From: an uncultured Gemmatimonadales bacterium
Lineage (GTDB): Bacteria; Gemmatimonadota; Gemmatimonadetes; Gemmatimonadales; GWC2-71-9
Length of the DNA: 64,000 bases
NCBI GenBank assembly: GCA_963755425.1
Contig: CAVWJI010000002.1
Span: 254,299-318,298 of the forward strand
Direction: 5' to 3'
The notes beneath the pieces are model-generated. The model saw nothing but the letters and a program-made list of their open reading frames with translations. It searched no databases and was not told the origin of the DNA. Positions within the stretch are counted from its first letter, which is position 1; each line of letters opens with the position of its first letter. Below are positions 35,550 to 46,473 of the stretch, in pieces. The position numbers were made by a program, and so were the translations under genes.

Positions 35550-37206
35550 CCGCCGCAAACCGTCGGAGACGCCGCCGCCCCTCACGGAGAGCCCGGCGTG
35601 GCAGGCGCTGCGGACCCACCACGACGTAATCGGCAGCACGCACCTCCGGCAGATCTTTGCCGACGACCCGCTGCGCGGACAACGGTTGACGGCGGAAGCC
35701 GCCGGCCTCTATCTCGACTACTCCAAGCACCGGGTGACCGACGAAACGCTCCGGCTCCTGGTGGCATTGGCTCGCGAACGGGGCCTGGCCGAACAGATCG
35801 AAGCCATGTTCAGCGGCGAGAAGATCAACGTGACCGAGGACCGTGCTGTGCTGCACGTCGCCCTGCGGGCACCGAGAGACGAGCGCATCATCACCGACGG
35901 CGTGAACGTGGTGCCCGCGGTCCATGCCGTGCTCGACCGCATGGCGACGTTCGCCACCGACGTGCGCGACGGTCGCTGGCTCGGCCACACTGGCCGGACG
36001 ATCCGCAACATCGTCAACATCGGTATCGGCGGATCCGATCTCGGCCCGGTGATGGCCTACGAGGCACTCCGCCACTACAGCCGGCGGGAAATGACATTCC
36101 GGTTCATCTCCAACATCGACGGCACCGCGTTCGCGGAGGCAACGCGCGATCTCGACCCGGCAGAGACCCTGTTCATCGTCTGTTCCAAGACGTTCACCAC
36201 GCTCGAGACGCTGACCAATGCGCACACCGCCCGGGCCTGGTCTCTGCACGCCCTGGGCGACGAGGCGGCGGTCCGCCGGCACTTTGTGGCCGTCTCGACC
36301 AATGCCGAAGGCGTGGCCGAGTTCGGCATCGACCCCGCCAACATGTTCGAATTCTGGGATTGGGTCGGCGGACGCTATTCCATGGATTCCGCGATCGGTC
36401 TTTCGACCATGCTCGCCATCGGCGCCGAACCGTTCCGCGAGATGCTGGCCGGTTTTCACGCCATGGACCAGCATTTCCGGACGGCGCCGTTCGAGCGGAA
36501 CCTGCCGGCCCTGATGGGGCTGCTGGCCGTGTGGTACGCCGACTTCTTCGACGCCTCCACCGTCGCGGTGCTCCCGTACGATCAGTACCTCAAGCGCTTT
36601 CCCGCCTACCTCCAGCAACTGACCATGGAAAGCAACGGCAAGCATGTCACGCGTGACGGCGGACGCGTCGACTACCAGACCAGCCCGATCGTATGGGGGG
36701 AGCCGGGAACGAACGGTCAGCACTCCTTCTACCAGTTGATCCATCAGGGGACGAAGCTGATTCCGTGTGACTTCATCGGCTTCCTGCAGACACTCAATCC
36801 GCTCAACGGCCACCATGATCTCCTGATGGCCAACGTGTTCGCGCAAGCGGAGGCCCTCGCCTTCGGCAAGACGGCGGCCGAAGTCGCGGCGGAAGGCACG
36901 CCGGCGCGACTGGTCCCGCACCGCGTCTTCGAGGGCAACCGGCCGTCCACCACGATTCTTGCCGATCGCCTCACCCCGGCGATCCTGGGCTCACTGGTCG
37001 CGCTCTACGAACACAGCGTCTTCACCCAGGGGGTCATCTGGGGCATCGACTCCTTCGATCAGTGGGGTGTGGAGCTCGGCAAGGCGCTGGCCCAGCGCAT
37101 CGGTGGCGAACTGCAGGGTGACGGGCCGGCGCCCGGCGCGCACGACAGCTCGACGACGGCGCTGATCGAGCGCTACCGGCAGGCGCGGAACCCTCGCGCC
37201 CGATGA
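35527..37206 (+). CDS. pgi: Glucose-6-phosphate isomerase
   Basis: [52 protein letters not shown]. Confidence 0.95.
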   Translation: MPEPANHDRRKPSETPPPLTESPAWQALRTHHDVIGSTHLRQIFADDPLRGQRLTAEAAGLYLDYSKHRVTDETLRLLVALARERGLAEQIEAMFSGEKINVTEDRAVLHVALRAPRDERIITDGVNVVPAVHAVLDRMATFATDVRDGRWLGHTGRTIRNIVNIGIGGSDLGPVMAYEALRHYSRREMTFRFISNIDGTAFAEATRDLDPAETLFIVCSKTFTTLETLTNAHTARAWSLHALGDEAAVRRHFVAVSTNAEGVAEFGIDPANMFEFWDWVGGRYSMDSAIGLSTMLAIGAEPFREMLAGFHAMDQHFRTAPFERNLPALMGLLAVWYADFFDASTVAVLPYDQYLKRFPAYLQQLTMESNGKHVTRDGGRVDYQTSPIVWGEPGTNGQHSFYQLIHQGTKLIPCDFIGFLQTLNPLNGHHDLLMANVFAQAEALAFGKTAAEVAAEGTPARLVPHRVFEGNRPSTTILADRLTPAILGSLVALYEHSVFTQGVIWGIDSFDQWGVELGKALAQRIGGELQGDGPAPGAHDSSTTALIERYRQARNPRAR

Positions 37207-37361
37207 CGTTGGCGTGCGCCGAAGACGCTCATCACCGGACGCCCGCTCAGCCCTTCATGCCGGGACCGGGCAGTGGCTCCGTCGGCGGTGCCGCGTTCCG
37301 GCCCCGGCATCGGAGGCTCATGCCGTGACCAGCCGGGACGAGCCGGACGGTGCGATCGGTC

Positions 37362-37499
37362 CTACTTCTTCTGCACCATCTTGACGATGACGACAACCAG
37401 GAAGATGGCGAGCAGGATGCCGACGATCGGCCAGATTCCGTACCCGCCAATGGCACCGCTGCCACCGTGATTCATGAAACCGTTGGGCGTTTGCTGCAT
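37362..37499 (-). CDS. 45-aa single-TM small protein
   Basis: GGAGG RBS; MQQTPNGFMNHGG...WPIVGILLAIFLVVVIVKMVQKK; conserved box 112 bp upstream. Confidence 0.6.
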   Translation of the reverse strand: MQQTPNGFMNHGGSGAIGGYGIWPIVGILLAIFLVVVIVKMVQKK

Positions 37500-37609
37500 C
37501 GCAACCTCCCGGACACTCCGTGCCGATATCGTGACGAGACTCCCAGCCCGAGCCCGGACAGCGCAAGCTCGACGTTGCGGAAGGAGAGCCGGATGCTGCC
37601 AGAGGGACA

Positions 37610-37626
37610 ATCGATCAAAAGGAGGA
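37610..37626 (-). promoter_or_regulatory. Conserved box site B (TCCTCC-TTTT-GATCGAT on minus strand)
   Basis: 112 bp upstream of the 37499 start, in gene orientation. Confidence 0.6.
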
Positions 37627-37754
37627 ATGCGGGATGACCGGCAGTATCCTCGGCCGTTGCGCGATGCTACCGGCAGCGGCCCGGGAATGTTCACCCCGCG
37701 AGCGCGGCACCAGGGGTCGGTACGTGGTTGCGCCCGCGCCGATCTAGTTCTCCC

Positions 37755-37771
37755 TCATCCTTACGACCGAT
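37755..37771 (+). promoter_or_regulatory. Conserved box site C (TCATCC-TTAC-GACCGAT)
   Basis: ~115 bp upstream of the SPFH start; shares upstream TAGTTCT with site A. Confidence 0.6.
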
Positions 37772-37885
37772 GGCGTCGGCCTGGCGATACCCCGAACTTG
37801 AGCGCAGTGGTCGCGGGGTACCCGTTCGCGTGCCGGCACCGGGCATGGCGCCCGGAGTCCGGTGATTGGTGCCAGGGACAATCCG

Positions 37886-38803
37886 ATGAGACGGAACAAT
37901 TCGATTCAGTTGCTGCTCTTCGTCACCGTGCTCGCGGCTGGCGCCGGGCTCGCCGTGGTGGTTGGTGGGTCGACCAGCACGCCGAACGTTCCGATCGCCA
38001 TCGGGGCCATCGTGCTCGCGAGTATCCTGTCGATTGCGGTCAAGGTCGCCAACGAATGGGATCGGGCGGTGGTGCTGCGCGTGGGTCACTTTCACGCGCT
38101 CCGGGGGCCGGGCCTGTTCATCATCATCCCGATCATCGATTCCATTCCCTACTGGATCGACACCCGCGTCATCACGGGCTCGTTCAAGGCGGAGAAGAGC
38201 CTCACCAAGGACACGGTTCCGGTCGATGTCGACGCGGTCCTGTTCTGGAAGGTCGTTGATCCCAAGAAGGCGGCCCTCGGCGTCGCGGACTATCAGAGTG
38301 CCATCAGCTGGGCCTCGCAGACGGCGCTGCGCGATGTCATCGGCAAGACGATGCTGTCCGACCTGCTCGAAGGACGCGACAAGATCTCGGCCGAGTTGCA
38401 GCGGATCATCGATCAGCGCACCGAACCGTGGGGCGTCAATGTCAACTCGGTGGAGGTCAAGGACGTCCTGATTCCGCCGGCGCTCGAGGATGCCATGTCG
38501 ATGCAGGCCCAGGCCGAACGGGAGCGCCAGGCACGGGTGATCCTGGGGGACTCGGAACGCCAGGTCGCGGAAAAGTTCGGCGAAGCGGCCAAGACCTATG
38601 CCAACAATCCCACCGCGTTTCACCTGCGGGCCATGAACATGCTGTACGAGGGGCTGAAGCAGAATTCGACGATCGTCATCGTGCCCAGCACCGCGGTCGA
38701 GACGATGCAGTTGGGAGGCCTCGCCGGGCTGACCGCGCTGACGATGGGGTTGACGCCGGGCGCGCCGCCGGCGACGGCGCTGCCGGCGGCTGATTCGGGC
38801 TGA
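37886..38803 (+). CDS. SPFH/band-7 (stomatin/slipin) protein
   Basis: WDRAVVLRVG, GPGLF, LTKDTVPVDVDAVLFW, QTALRDVIG, QAQAERERQAR. Confidence 0.92.
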   Translation: MRRNNSIQLLLFVTVLAAGAGLAVVVGGSTSTPNVPIAIGAIVLASILSIAVKVANEWDRAVVLRVGHFHALRGPGLFIIIPIIDSIPYWIDTRVITGSFKAEKSLTKDTVPVDVDAVLFWKVVDPKKAALGVADYQSAISWASQTALRDVIGKTMLSDLLEGRDKISAELQRIIDQRTEPWGVNVNSVEVKDVLIPPALEDAMSMQAQAERERQARVILGDSERQVAEKFGEAAKTYANNPTAFHLRAMNMLYEGLKQNSTIVIVPSTAVETMQLGGLAGLTALTMGLTPGAPPATALPAADSG

Positions 38804-38839
38804 TCAGATCGCGCGCTGACCCATGGCTGCCGCACCCCT

Positions 38840-38880
38840 TCGCTCTTCCGAGTGACCTCCGGTCCATCCATCCGAGCGAT
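38840..38880 (+). promoter_or_regulatory. Conserved box site D (tandem TCGCTC-TTCC-GAGTGA and CCATCC-ATCC-GAGCGAT)
   Basis: Main box 38864-38879, ~110 bp upstream of the 38990 start. Confidence 0.6.
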
Positions 38881-38989
38881 ACCCGTGGTCCGCTCAACGG
38901 CCTACACTTGAAGTCCGTGCCGGAGGATGCCCTGGCGCCTGGATTCCTCCAGCGTTCGGTCTCCCGGTCACGGACTCAAGGGAGCGCAT

Positions 38990-41002
38990 GTGTATCGCCA
39001 TCGTATCTTCGCAGCTTTGTTGGCCGGCGCGCTGTGTGGCTGCCAATCAGCCGCGGCACAGGCCACCGATCCACCCAGCCAGGTCGGTCGCGTCAGTGAC
39101 GTGATCGGAGCGGTTTCGCTGTTGCCGGTGGACGATACCGTCTGGAGCGACGCGTCGCTCAACTACCCGCTCACCAGCGGCGACCAGCTCTGGGCCGACG
39201 CCGATGCCCGCGCGGAGATCGACTTTGGTGCCTCATCCGTGCACCTCGCTCCCTCGACCGCCCTGGCGCTGGATGCCATCGAAGAGCAGGTCATCCAGCT
39301 GCGGATCGGCCAGGGCGCGGTGCAGGTCCGGGTCCGGGAGCTGCTGGCGGACGACAGTTACGAGATCGACACGCCAGCGGGCCCGGTGCTGTTGCGCTCC
39401 GCGGGCGATTATCGGATCGATGTCACCCCCGACGGACAACGGACCACCGTCACGGTGCGCGAGGGCAACGCCGACATCATGATCGGCGACCAGGCATATC
39501 CGGTACGCCCGGCGACATCGGCGACGATCCTCGCGGCCGGATCGCGGCCGATCATGAGTGACGCCCCGATTGCGCGCGATGACTGGGAGAACTGGGCGGA
39601 TGCCCGCGACCAGCAGGCTGATGCCGCGGTGGCGACCCGATACGTCTCTCCCGACATGGTCGGATACGAGGATCTCGACACCTACGGTGACTGGCAGGTG
39701 GACGCCACCTACGGCCCGATCTGGTATCCCCGATCCGTCGCCGCGGACTGGGCACCATATCGCGACGGTCACTGGGAATCGGTGCAACCGTGGGGATGGA
39801 CCTGGATCGACGACGCCCCTTGGGGCTTCGCACCGTTCCACTACGGGCGCTGGTCCCACAACAGCGGACGGTGGGGTTGGATTCCGGGCACCAGACTCGC
39901 ACGTCCGGTGTATGCCCCGGCACTGGTCGCCTACGTCAGTGGGGACGGATGGGGCGCCTCCTTGTCGTTCGGGTCGAGCGGCGGAGTCGGCTGGGTGCCG
40001 TTGGGACCGAACGAGGTGTTCGTCCCGGCCTATCACACCACGGCGACCTATCGTCGCAACGTCAACAGCGGCAGCGTCAACGTGACGCGCGTCGACGTGA
40101 ACCGCTTCGACCCCGCGACCGCACACTTCGTCAACCGGAACGTGCCGGGTGCGGTGACGGCGGTGCCCCGGGACGCCTTCGTCGGATCCCGGCCGGTAAG
40201 CCGCGCCGCGGTGCGGGTGCCCCGCAACGATCTCACGGCGGCCCGGACGACGGCAGCACCAGTCGCCGCAGGCCGGCCGATTGCGGCCCCGCGGGGCGGA
40301 TCGCCGGCCCGGGCTCGCCCGGCGAACGCCGGCACCGTCAGGCGGCCACCGGTGGCGTTGCCGCGAGCTTCGCGTCCCGCGATGCGTCCCAGCTCGCCTG
40401 CCGGCACGCCAACTCCGCGACCGGCCACGCCCAACGCCGCGCCAGCCAGAGGCCGTGCGAACGTAACGCCCCCGAGACCGTCGACACCGAGTCCACGGGC
40501 CGGTGCACCCGCGAGGCCGGCGACAGCGCCGGCACGCGGTCGCGCCACGCCGACACGGCCCACTCCTGCCGCACCACCGACAGCGCCGACACGCGGTCGC
40601 GCCACGCCGACACGTCCCACGCCTGCCGCACCACGGGCAGCGCCGACACGCGGTCGCGCCACGCCGACTCGGCCCACTCCCGCCACGCCGACGCATCCGA
40701 CGACGCCAGCACCCGCCAGGAAACCGGTGCTACCGGCGAATCCGGGTCGCGGCACGCCGCCGCGATCGCCGACGATCCCGGCACGCGGCCACGGCAAGCC
40801 GGCGGACACCGTTCACGCCGCGCCGGCACGGTCCACTCCCGCCACGCCGGCGCACCCCACGACGTCACCCGCCAGGAAACCGGCGCCACCGGCGAATCCG
40901 GCTCGCGGCCACGGCAAGCCGGCCGACACCAGTCATGCCCGCAAGCCAACCGCGCCCGACACCGGGCGCGGCGGCGGCACGGCAGCCGGCATCAACGGAT
41001 GA
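38990..41002 (+). CDS. Secreted FecR-like / DUF6600 protein with Pro/Arg/Thr-rich repetitive tail
   Basis: Signal peptide; NYPLTSGDQLW, GYEDLDTYGDW, WAPYRDGHW, PWGWTWIDDAPWGFAPFHYGRW, GWVPLGP. Confidence 0.85.
   Translation: MYRHRIFAALLAGALCGCQSAAAQATDPPSQVGRVSDVIGAVSLLPVDDTVWSDASLNYPLTSGDQLWADADARAEIDFGASSVHLAPSTALALDAIEEQVIQLRIGQGAVQVRVRELLADDSYEIDTPAGPVLLRSAGDYRIDVTPDGQRTTVTVREGNADIMIGDQAYPVRPATSATILAAGSRPIMSDAPIARDDWENWADARDQQADAAVATRYVSPDMVGYEDLDTYGDWQVDATYGPIWYPRSVAADWAPYRDGHWESVQPWGWTWIDDAPWGFAPFHYGRWSHNSGRWGWIPGTRLARPVYAPALVAYVSGDGWGASLSFGSSGGVGWVPLGPNEVFVPAYHTTATYRRNVNSGSVNVTRVDVNRFDPATAHFVNRNVPGAVTAVPRDAFVGSRPVSRAAVRVPRNDLTAARTTAAPVAAGRPIAAPRGGSPARARPANAGTVRRPPVALPRASRPAMRPSSPAGTPTPRPATPNAAPARGRANVTPPRPSTPSPRAGAPARPATAPARGRATPTRPTPAAPPTAPTRGRATPTRPTPAAPRAAPTRGRATPTRPTPATPTHPTTPAPARKPVLPANPGRGTPPRSPTIPARGHGKPADTVHAAPARSTPATPAHPTTSPARKPAPPANPARGHGKPADTSHARKPTAPDTGRGGGTAAGING
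40522..40930 (+). repeat. Three 57-bp tandem repeats (19 aa, RGRATPTRPTPAAPxxAPT) plus ~80-bp and ~30-bp duplications
   Basis: ACGCGGTCGCGCCACGCCGAC at 40534, 40591 and 40648; TPATPxHPTT..PARKP..PANP twice; RGHGKPADT twice. Confidence 0.85.
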
Positions 41003-41565
41003 CGCTGACCCCGGCGCCCCTCGCGATCCTGCTCCTCGCATTGCTCCCGCTGCCGGCACCCGTGGCGCCGCCGCCACTACGCCCGGCACACATCATTCTG
41101 ATCCGGCACGCAGAGAAGCCCGCGGACCCGCACGACCCCCATCTGTCGCCCGCGGGCGTCAGGCGCGCCGGCCAACTGGTGCAGTATGTCGTGAACGACC
41201 CGGCAATGAAGGCATTGGGCCAGCCGGTGGCGATCTTCGCCACCCGCACCACCCGTGACGACGACGGCCAGCGGACCCAGGAAACGGTGGCACCGCTTGC
41301 CAGAGCCCTCAAGCTCACGGTGCAGGTGCCGTTCCATGGCAAGGACTACATGGCGCTGGCGCGGATGATATTGTCCGACCCGGCCTACGCCGGCCGAACC
41401 GTGCTGATCTGCTGGAACCACGAGGAGATCCCCCAACTCGTCGCGGCGTTCGGGATCAGGCCGAGGCCGGCGAAGTGGAAGGCGAGCGTATTCGACGTCG
41501 TCTATGTCGTGTCGTACCACAAGGGCAATGCGGTTCTCACCGCGTCGCGGTATGGCGGGCGATAG
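40999..41565 (+). CDS. Secreted histidine phosphatase superfamily protein
   Basis: Signal peptide; IILIRHAEK, LSPAG, RTQETVAP, VLICWNH. Confidence 0.82.
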   Translation: MTLTPAPLAILLLALLPLPAPVAPPPLRPAHIILIRHAEKPADPHDPHLSPAGVRRAGQLVQYVVNDPAMKALGQPVAIFATRTTRDDDGQRTQETVAPLARALKLTVQVPFHGKDYMALARMILSDPAYAGRTVLICWNHEEIPQLVAAFGIRPRPAKWKASVFDVVYVVSYHKGNAVLTASRYGGR

Positions 41566-41664
41566 CACTCCGCTGCGGACCGGCGGGGCCACGCCTCGTC
41601 GTCGCGCCTGATGCAGCCGGAGTCCCGGCGCTCTCGATAGCGCCGCAATTTCCGGGACAGTCCA

Positions 41665-42669
41665 CTAGTTCGGCGGCGCGGCGGCCGGCACCGCATGACA
41701 GGCACCGCCGCTGGCATCCCAGTCATGGCCATCGACATCCAGGAACGCGGCGCGGAATTCGCCCTTGCCGAGCGTCAGCTTGAGGATTCCGAAGTATCCC
41801 TCGACGCGTGCGGCACTGTGTGGGGCCGGCGTGCTCCGGAAACCTCGCAGGTCGCCGCCACCGGTACCCACGACGTACTCCGGAATGCCCTGCGCCGAAT
41901 CAAGCACCCCGGCCGGGGTCTGCGGCAGAAAACGCTCATAGTCGTGATCGTGGCCATTGAGGACCAGGTCCGCGCCGCCGTCGTAGAGAATCTGCCAGAT
42001 CGGTTGCAGGCGCCGGTCGCCGCCGTGCCACCCGGAGCTGAAGCGGGGATTATGCCAGTAGGCCAGGGTGCAGAGCTTCTGGGTGCCTTTGAGGTCGCTG
42101 CGAAGCCAGTCTTCCTGCGCAGCCCGCTGGGCATTGGTAAACGCGGAACTGACCACGAGTTCGGCGTTGAGTGAGATCACGTGCCAGTCACCGACATCGT
42201 AGCTGTAATAGCCCTTCGACGGCGATCCGGCGCGGCTGCCGAAATACTTGAAGTAGGGCGCGGCACCGCCCGTCTGGAATTCGTGATTGCCCGGCGACGG
42301 ATGGATCTTCTTCATGATGCGTTTGGCCGTGTCGCCCCACGATGGTGTGAAGCATCGCGAAAAATCGCTGGCCCGTCCGTCGGGATAGGCGTTGTCACCC
42401 AGCGTGAAGACTTCGACATTCACCTTGGCAACACTGTCGGCCCGCAGGAGGGTGTCCAACAGCACCGCGGTCCGTTCGTCGCCGTTGGTGCCGCAGACGG
42501 CGATGTCACCGGCCCCGAGCAGCACCGACGCGCCGGATGCTGCAATGTCAGCGGGGGCCGCCGTGGCCGGTGCCGGCGTGACCTGTACCGGGATCTTGCA
42601 CGACATTGCCGCGAGCGTCGCCAACATCGCCAGGGCCAACCGACGGGGCTGCTTCTTGAATCGCGTCAT
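41665..42669 (-). CDS. Calcineurin-like metallophosphoesterase lipoprotein
   Basis: Lipobox AMSC; AGDIA, LGDNAY, PGNHE, YWH, GHDHDYER, VGTGG. Confidence 0.88.
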   Translation of the reverse strand: MTRFKKQPRRLALAMLATLAAMSCKIPVQVTPAPATAAPADIAASGASVLLGAGDIAVCGTNGDERTAVLLDTLLRADSVAKVNVEVFTLGDNAYPDGRASDFSRCFTPSWGDTAKRIMKKIHPSPGNHEFQTGGAAPYFKYFGSRAGSPSKGYYSYDVGDWHVISLNAELVVSSAFTNAQRAAQEDWLRSDLKGTQKLCTLAYWHNPRFSSGWHGGDRRLQPIWQILYDGGADLVLNGHDHDYERFLPQTPAGVLDSAQGIPEYVVGTGGGDLRGFRSTPAPHSAARVEGYFGILKLTLGKGEFRAAFLDVDGHDWDASGGACHAVPAAAPPN

Positions 42670-45261
42670 GGCAGTGTCACTCCGAGCACGACGGCCGCCG
42701 GACGCCCCACCTCATTGGCGCGGACCACCCGGACATCGAGCACAAGCTGGTGAAAGCCGATCCAGAACCCGGCACCGAAGGCGTTGTGCCACCCGCCCGG
42801 CGAGTCGCCATGCACGTAGACCCGGCCCAGATCCTCACTGGCCAGCAAGCCGACATTCAACGGCAACACCACCGTGAACGTCGCCACCGGCAGGCGCAGT
42901 TCGGCGCTGGCCGACAGGGATGCGTCCCCGGCGTACCGATCGAGGTCGAGGGTCCGCACGTCGTCCCGGCCGCCGATGAATGCCGATTCCTGAAAGGGGA
43001 AGGTCCCGAACACCTTCACGGCGCCGCCCTGGAGAGCCAGATAGGGGTGCAACGGCATCGGGATCGTGAAATCGACCCCACCCCTGGCACGGAGTGATTC
43101 GAATCCGTGCCGGACATCCCATACCGGCGGGAAATAGCTTGCGCTGAGCTGCAGCATCGTGCCGCGTTGCGGGTGGTGCGACGGCCAGCGATTGTCGTGG
43201 GCGAAGACCACCCGCACCCCGGCCTCGCCGAAATTGCCCGCGCCGTAGGGCCGGACCGCCGACACGAACCGGTCCGGCGTGCTGTCCGTGACCGCGTATT
43301 CGAACACCGGGCCGAAGGACAGATTCGTCGTTGGCGCGAGAGAGAGTGCCAGCGCCGGTTCCACGAGCCACTGGCGCTGGCTGACGGCGAAATAGTCGGT
43401 TCGCCGGGCCGGTAATGCCGACCACCTGCTCCGCGCTCTGGGGTGAGGAATTGCCGAACCCGTGGAAATTGGTCAACTCCAGCTGGGACATCCGCACCAG
43501 TCCGGAGAAGTGCCACGGCGAGCTTTCCATCCGGCGGTCGGCCGCCAACGCGACCCTGAATCCGCCGATCCTGAAGGAGTACTGACCCAGCAGCGATACC
43601 ATCGTGGTGTAGGGCGTATCGCGGAACCCGTAGCCATGCCATGTCATGCCGACCGCCGGCATGACGCCCAGGTCGTGATTGATGCTGAGCCCGACCACCG
43701 GCGCCATGCTGGCGCCATAGTCGCGCCCCGGCTGGTCCAGCCCGCCAAATTCATGTACGAAGGGTCGTCGGTCGAACAGCGTGTCGGCGCCGTAGCTGAC
43801 GTCTCGTGTCGCGCCCACATCGTGGAAGTGGGTCGGGCTTCGATGGCCATCGACGGTCGACGAATCGACCAGCCGATTGGTGCCATTGCCGCCGATCACC
43901 CAGACCGGAATGCTGCCGGTCACATCGCCGGTCACCAGGGCGTGGTCATTGCCGCCGGACAGGTAGACCCGGATTCCGGTCGTTTCGCGCGCATCGAACC
44001 GCCGGATGTAGAACGGCGCGGCGTCACCGGTCGCCAGGCGCACCTCGACATGGGAATCGTCGACCCGGATGATGGTGGCGCGCGCCGCGGCGTCGGTCGC
44101 GTGGATATCGACGACCGCCGCGAGGTACCGGTAGAAGCGCTGCGCCATCGCCGGCAGCGTCCGGCGCCGCGCCCGCAGCGTTGCGATCAGGTCCGGGGAC
44201 AGGGCCCGGTACTCGGCGGGCATCGCCAGCATCACCGCATCCAGTACCGAATCGGTCAATCGCCCCTGGACCGAGCGCGCCACCGAGTCAAAGGCTGCCT
44301 TCCCGAGCTCGCCAAGCAGCCGCCGGTCCAGCTGCAGGCTGTTCCAGGTCAATCCCCGGATACTCGGGTAGTTCCGCCCGAACGTGATGAGGTTCGGCGT
44401 CGACATCCTCGTCAACCCGGGCAGGAATCCCGTGACCGAGATGAACGCCTTGTCGTAGTCCTGCGAGATCGGCTCCCAGCGGCTCCCGCTCGCCGGCATT
44501 CTCGCCCATTTCCATTGCCCGGGATGGCGGTCCCAGTTGTTGACCAGCATGTCAACGAGGCGCGCGGCCAGAAACGTCCGGGCGTCGACCTGCTCGGCCG
44601 GATCGTGATCAAGCAGTTGCAGGAGGCTGTCGCTGTTGATGATGGCGATGGCGCCGTCGAACCCGGCGCGGTCGCCCTTCGGTCCCCGGGGATGCAGCTC
44701 CAGTACGCCGAGCCGGTTGGCGAAGACGGCGCGAAACCGGCCCAGGAGGGTGTCGTCCGGCATGACGACCAGCACCGGAGAATCGTGGAGGACGCCGACC
44801 GCCTCGAGCAGCGGTGGCACCATGACATTCGCGGCGGGGTGACTATCGCTGATCTGGTCGTGCGCGAGCCCCTCGGCAATCGGCACGTCGCGAAACCCGG
44901 CCGGCACCTGGACATGGTCCTTGTCCACGGAGCGGAAGGTATATTCGGCGCCATCCCGGCCGGTGAACGTGAGCGATTTGGTCTGCGTCCCGCCACCAGC
45001 CTTGTCGACGGTCATTCCACCGTCGAACGCGCGCAGATCCAGGACGGGAACCCGGATCGGTGTGGTCCAGAGATCACGGTAGCTGCCGCCGAACAGGAAG
45101 CGATGCAGCCCACCGGCCTGGTAATGCGCTCCGGCCTCGACCGTGACGCTGTCGGCCGTGTGCACGTCCGGCGCCGCGTGCTGTGCCTGCGCCTGCACCG
45201 GCAGCAGCACCAGGCAGGCGCCGACGCCGCCCCGCGTGGCGACGATGAGCCGTCGCGTCAC
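42666..45261 (-). CDS. Outer-membrane protein with N-terminal kinase-like domain and C-terminal Omp85/BamA-type beta-barrel, frameshift near 43395
   Basis: Signal peptide; GGGTQTKSL, NWDRHPGQWKW, QDYDKAF; C-terminal amphipathic strands with IGGRDDVR, RYAGD, AELR, DLGRV, WHNAFGAGFW. Confidence 0.75.
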
Positions 45262-46346
45262 TTGGCCGCCAGCTTCTCTTGCGCCACCGCATCGCCGACT
45301 TCCAGATCGGCGGTGACAATCCGGTCGCCAGCCCCTTCGCGAATCGCGGTCAGCAGATGTTCACGGGTGATTCCCCGGCGGACGCCGACCAGGTAATACA
45401 GTTCCGATGGCTTCCCCTCTGTCGTGGTCACTTCGTCCAGTCGCCAACGCCGCGCCATCAGGTCCAGGACCGTCGCGATCCGGCTTTGCGCCTCGCCGAC
45501 AAATCCGGTGCTGACCGTCAGGATCGAGTTGAAGCGCGGACGCTTCTGGCTCGAGCCAAGAATCCGATGCACCCGATCGAAGCGATTGGCGAGAAGGGCT
45601 GCCTTGTTGGGCGAGAGGGCGAGCACGAGGTCGCGATCCGGAACCCCGCGGCCGGAATTGGCCTGCGCGAGGTCGCCCAGGGGCTCGGCCCATTTCGATC
45701 CTGCGGTCGGCTCCAGAACATTGCGACCGAAATCGTATCGCCAGATCAGCAGGACAACAAAGTTGAACGCAATGGAGAGCACGGCCGCGACGATCAGGGA
45801 CTGCACCCCCGCCGCCAGCCCGACGCCGATGCCGAGAAAGATGTAGACCGTGTCGCGGACATCCTTCATCGTGGTCCGGAACCGGAGGCCCGCGACGATT
45901 CCGCCAAGGCTGAACGCGAGGGCGAGGCTGGTGCGGACCACCAGCACGATGCCGGCCACCACGATCGGGAGAATGATCAACGTCTGAACGACGCCCTGGC
46001 TGAAGTCGTGGGCCCGCCGCGCCGACATGAATACCCAGCTCACGGGGATCATCAACGCCAGCGTGCTGAGCATCACCACGATCGTCGTACCCGCAAGCGC
46101 CAGGCCCGTTTCGGTCGTCGCCGCGGCGGCGTGATCCTTTGCCGACGACAATCCGTCCTGCAACAATTGCGAATTGGTGGTCAGAGTCGCAGCCTGCTCG
46201 CCGCGGAGCAGCGAGCCGATCGGCGGGACAAGATGCATCAACACCAGGATGATCGCGGCCAGGATGGCGTAATAGGCGAGCAGCCGTCGCAGGGGGCGCT
46301 CGGACCCGAGGGCGAGAATGTCGATCAGCCGCTTGAATCGTTCCAT
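45258..46346 (-). CDS. DUF4956 family membrane protein
   Basis: QTLIILP, SLALAFSLGGIVAGLRFRTTMKDVRDTVYIFLGIGVGLAAG. Confidence 0.82.
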   Translation of the reverse strand: MERFKRLIDILALGSERPLRRLLAYYAILAAIILVLMHLVPPIGSLLRGEQAATLTTNSQLLQDGLSSAKDHAAAATTETGLALAGTTIVVMLSTLALMIPVSWVFMSARRAHDFSQGVVQTLIILPIVVAGIVLVVRTSLALAFSLGGIVAGLRFRTTMKDVRDTVYIFLGIGVGLAAGVQSLIVAAVLSIAFNFVVLLIWRYDFGRNVLEPTAGSKWAEPLGDLAQANSGRGVPDRDLVLALSPNKAALLANRFDRVHRILGSSQKRPRFNSILTVSTGFVGEAQSRIATVLDLMARRWRLDEVTTTEGKPSELYYLVGVRRGITREHLLTAIREGAGDRIVTADLEVGDAVAQEKLAAK

Positions 46347-46473
46347 GAAATCGCCAGGCCCGCAGTACGTCCTTGGCGAGACGACCGGCTGCCGTCCGCA
46401 AAGCTCCCCGTTCAGGCCTCGCCCGGGGAGAGAATCCCGCAACGCAAGGTGGGTGGACGGATCGGCGTGGACA

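Noticed and set aside
40522-40700. 57-bp periodic repeats as a CRISPR array
   Set aside because: In-frame coding repeats with no unique spacers and no cas genes.
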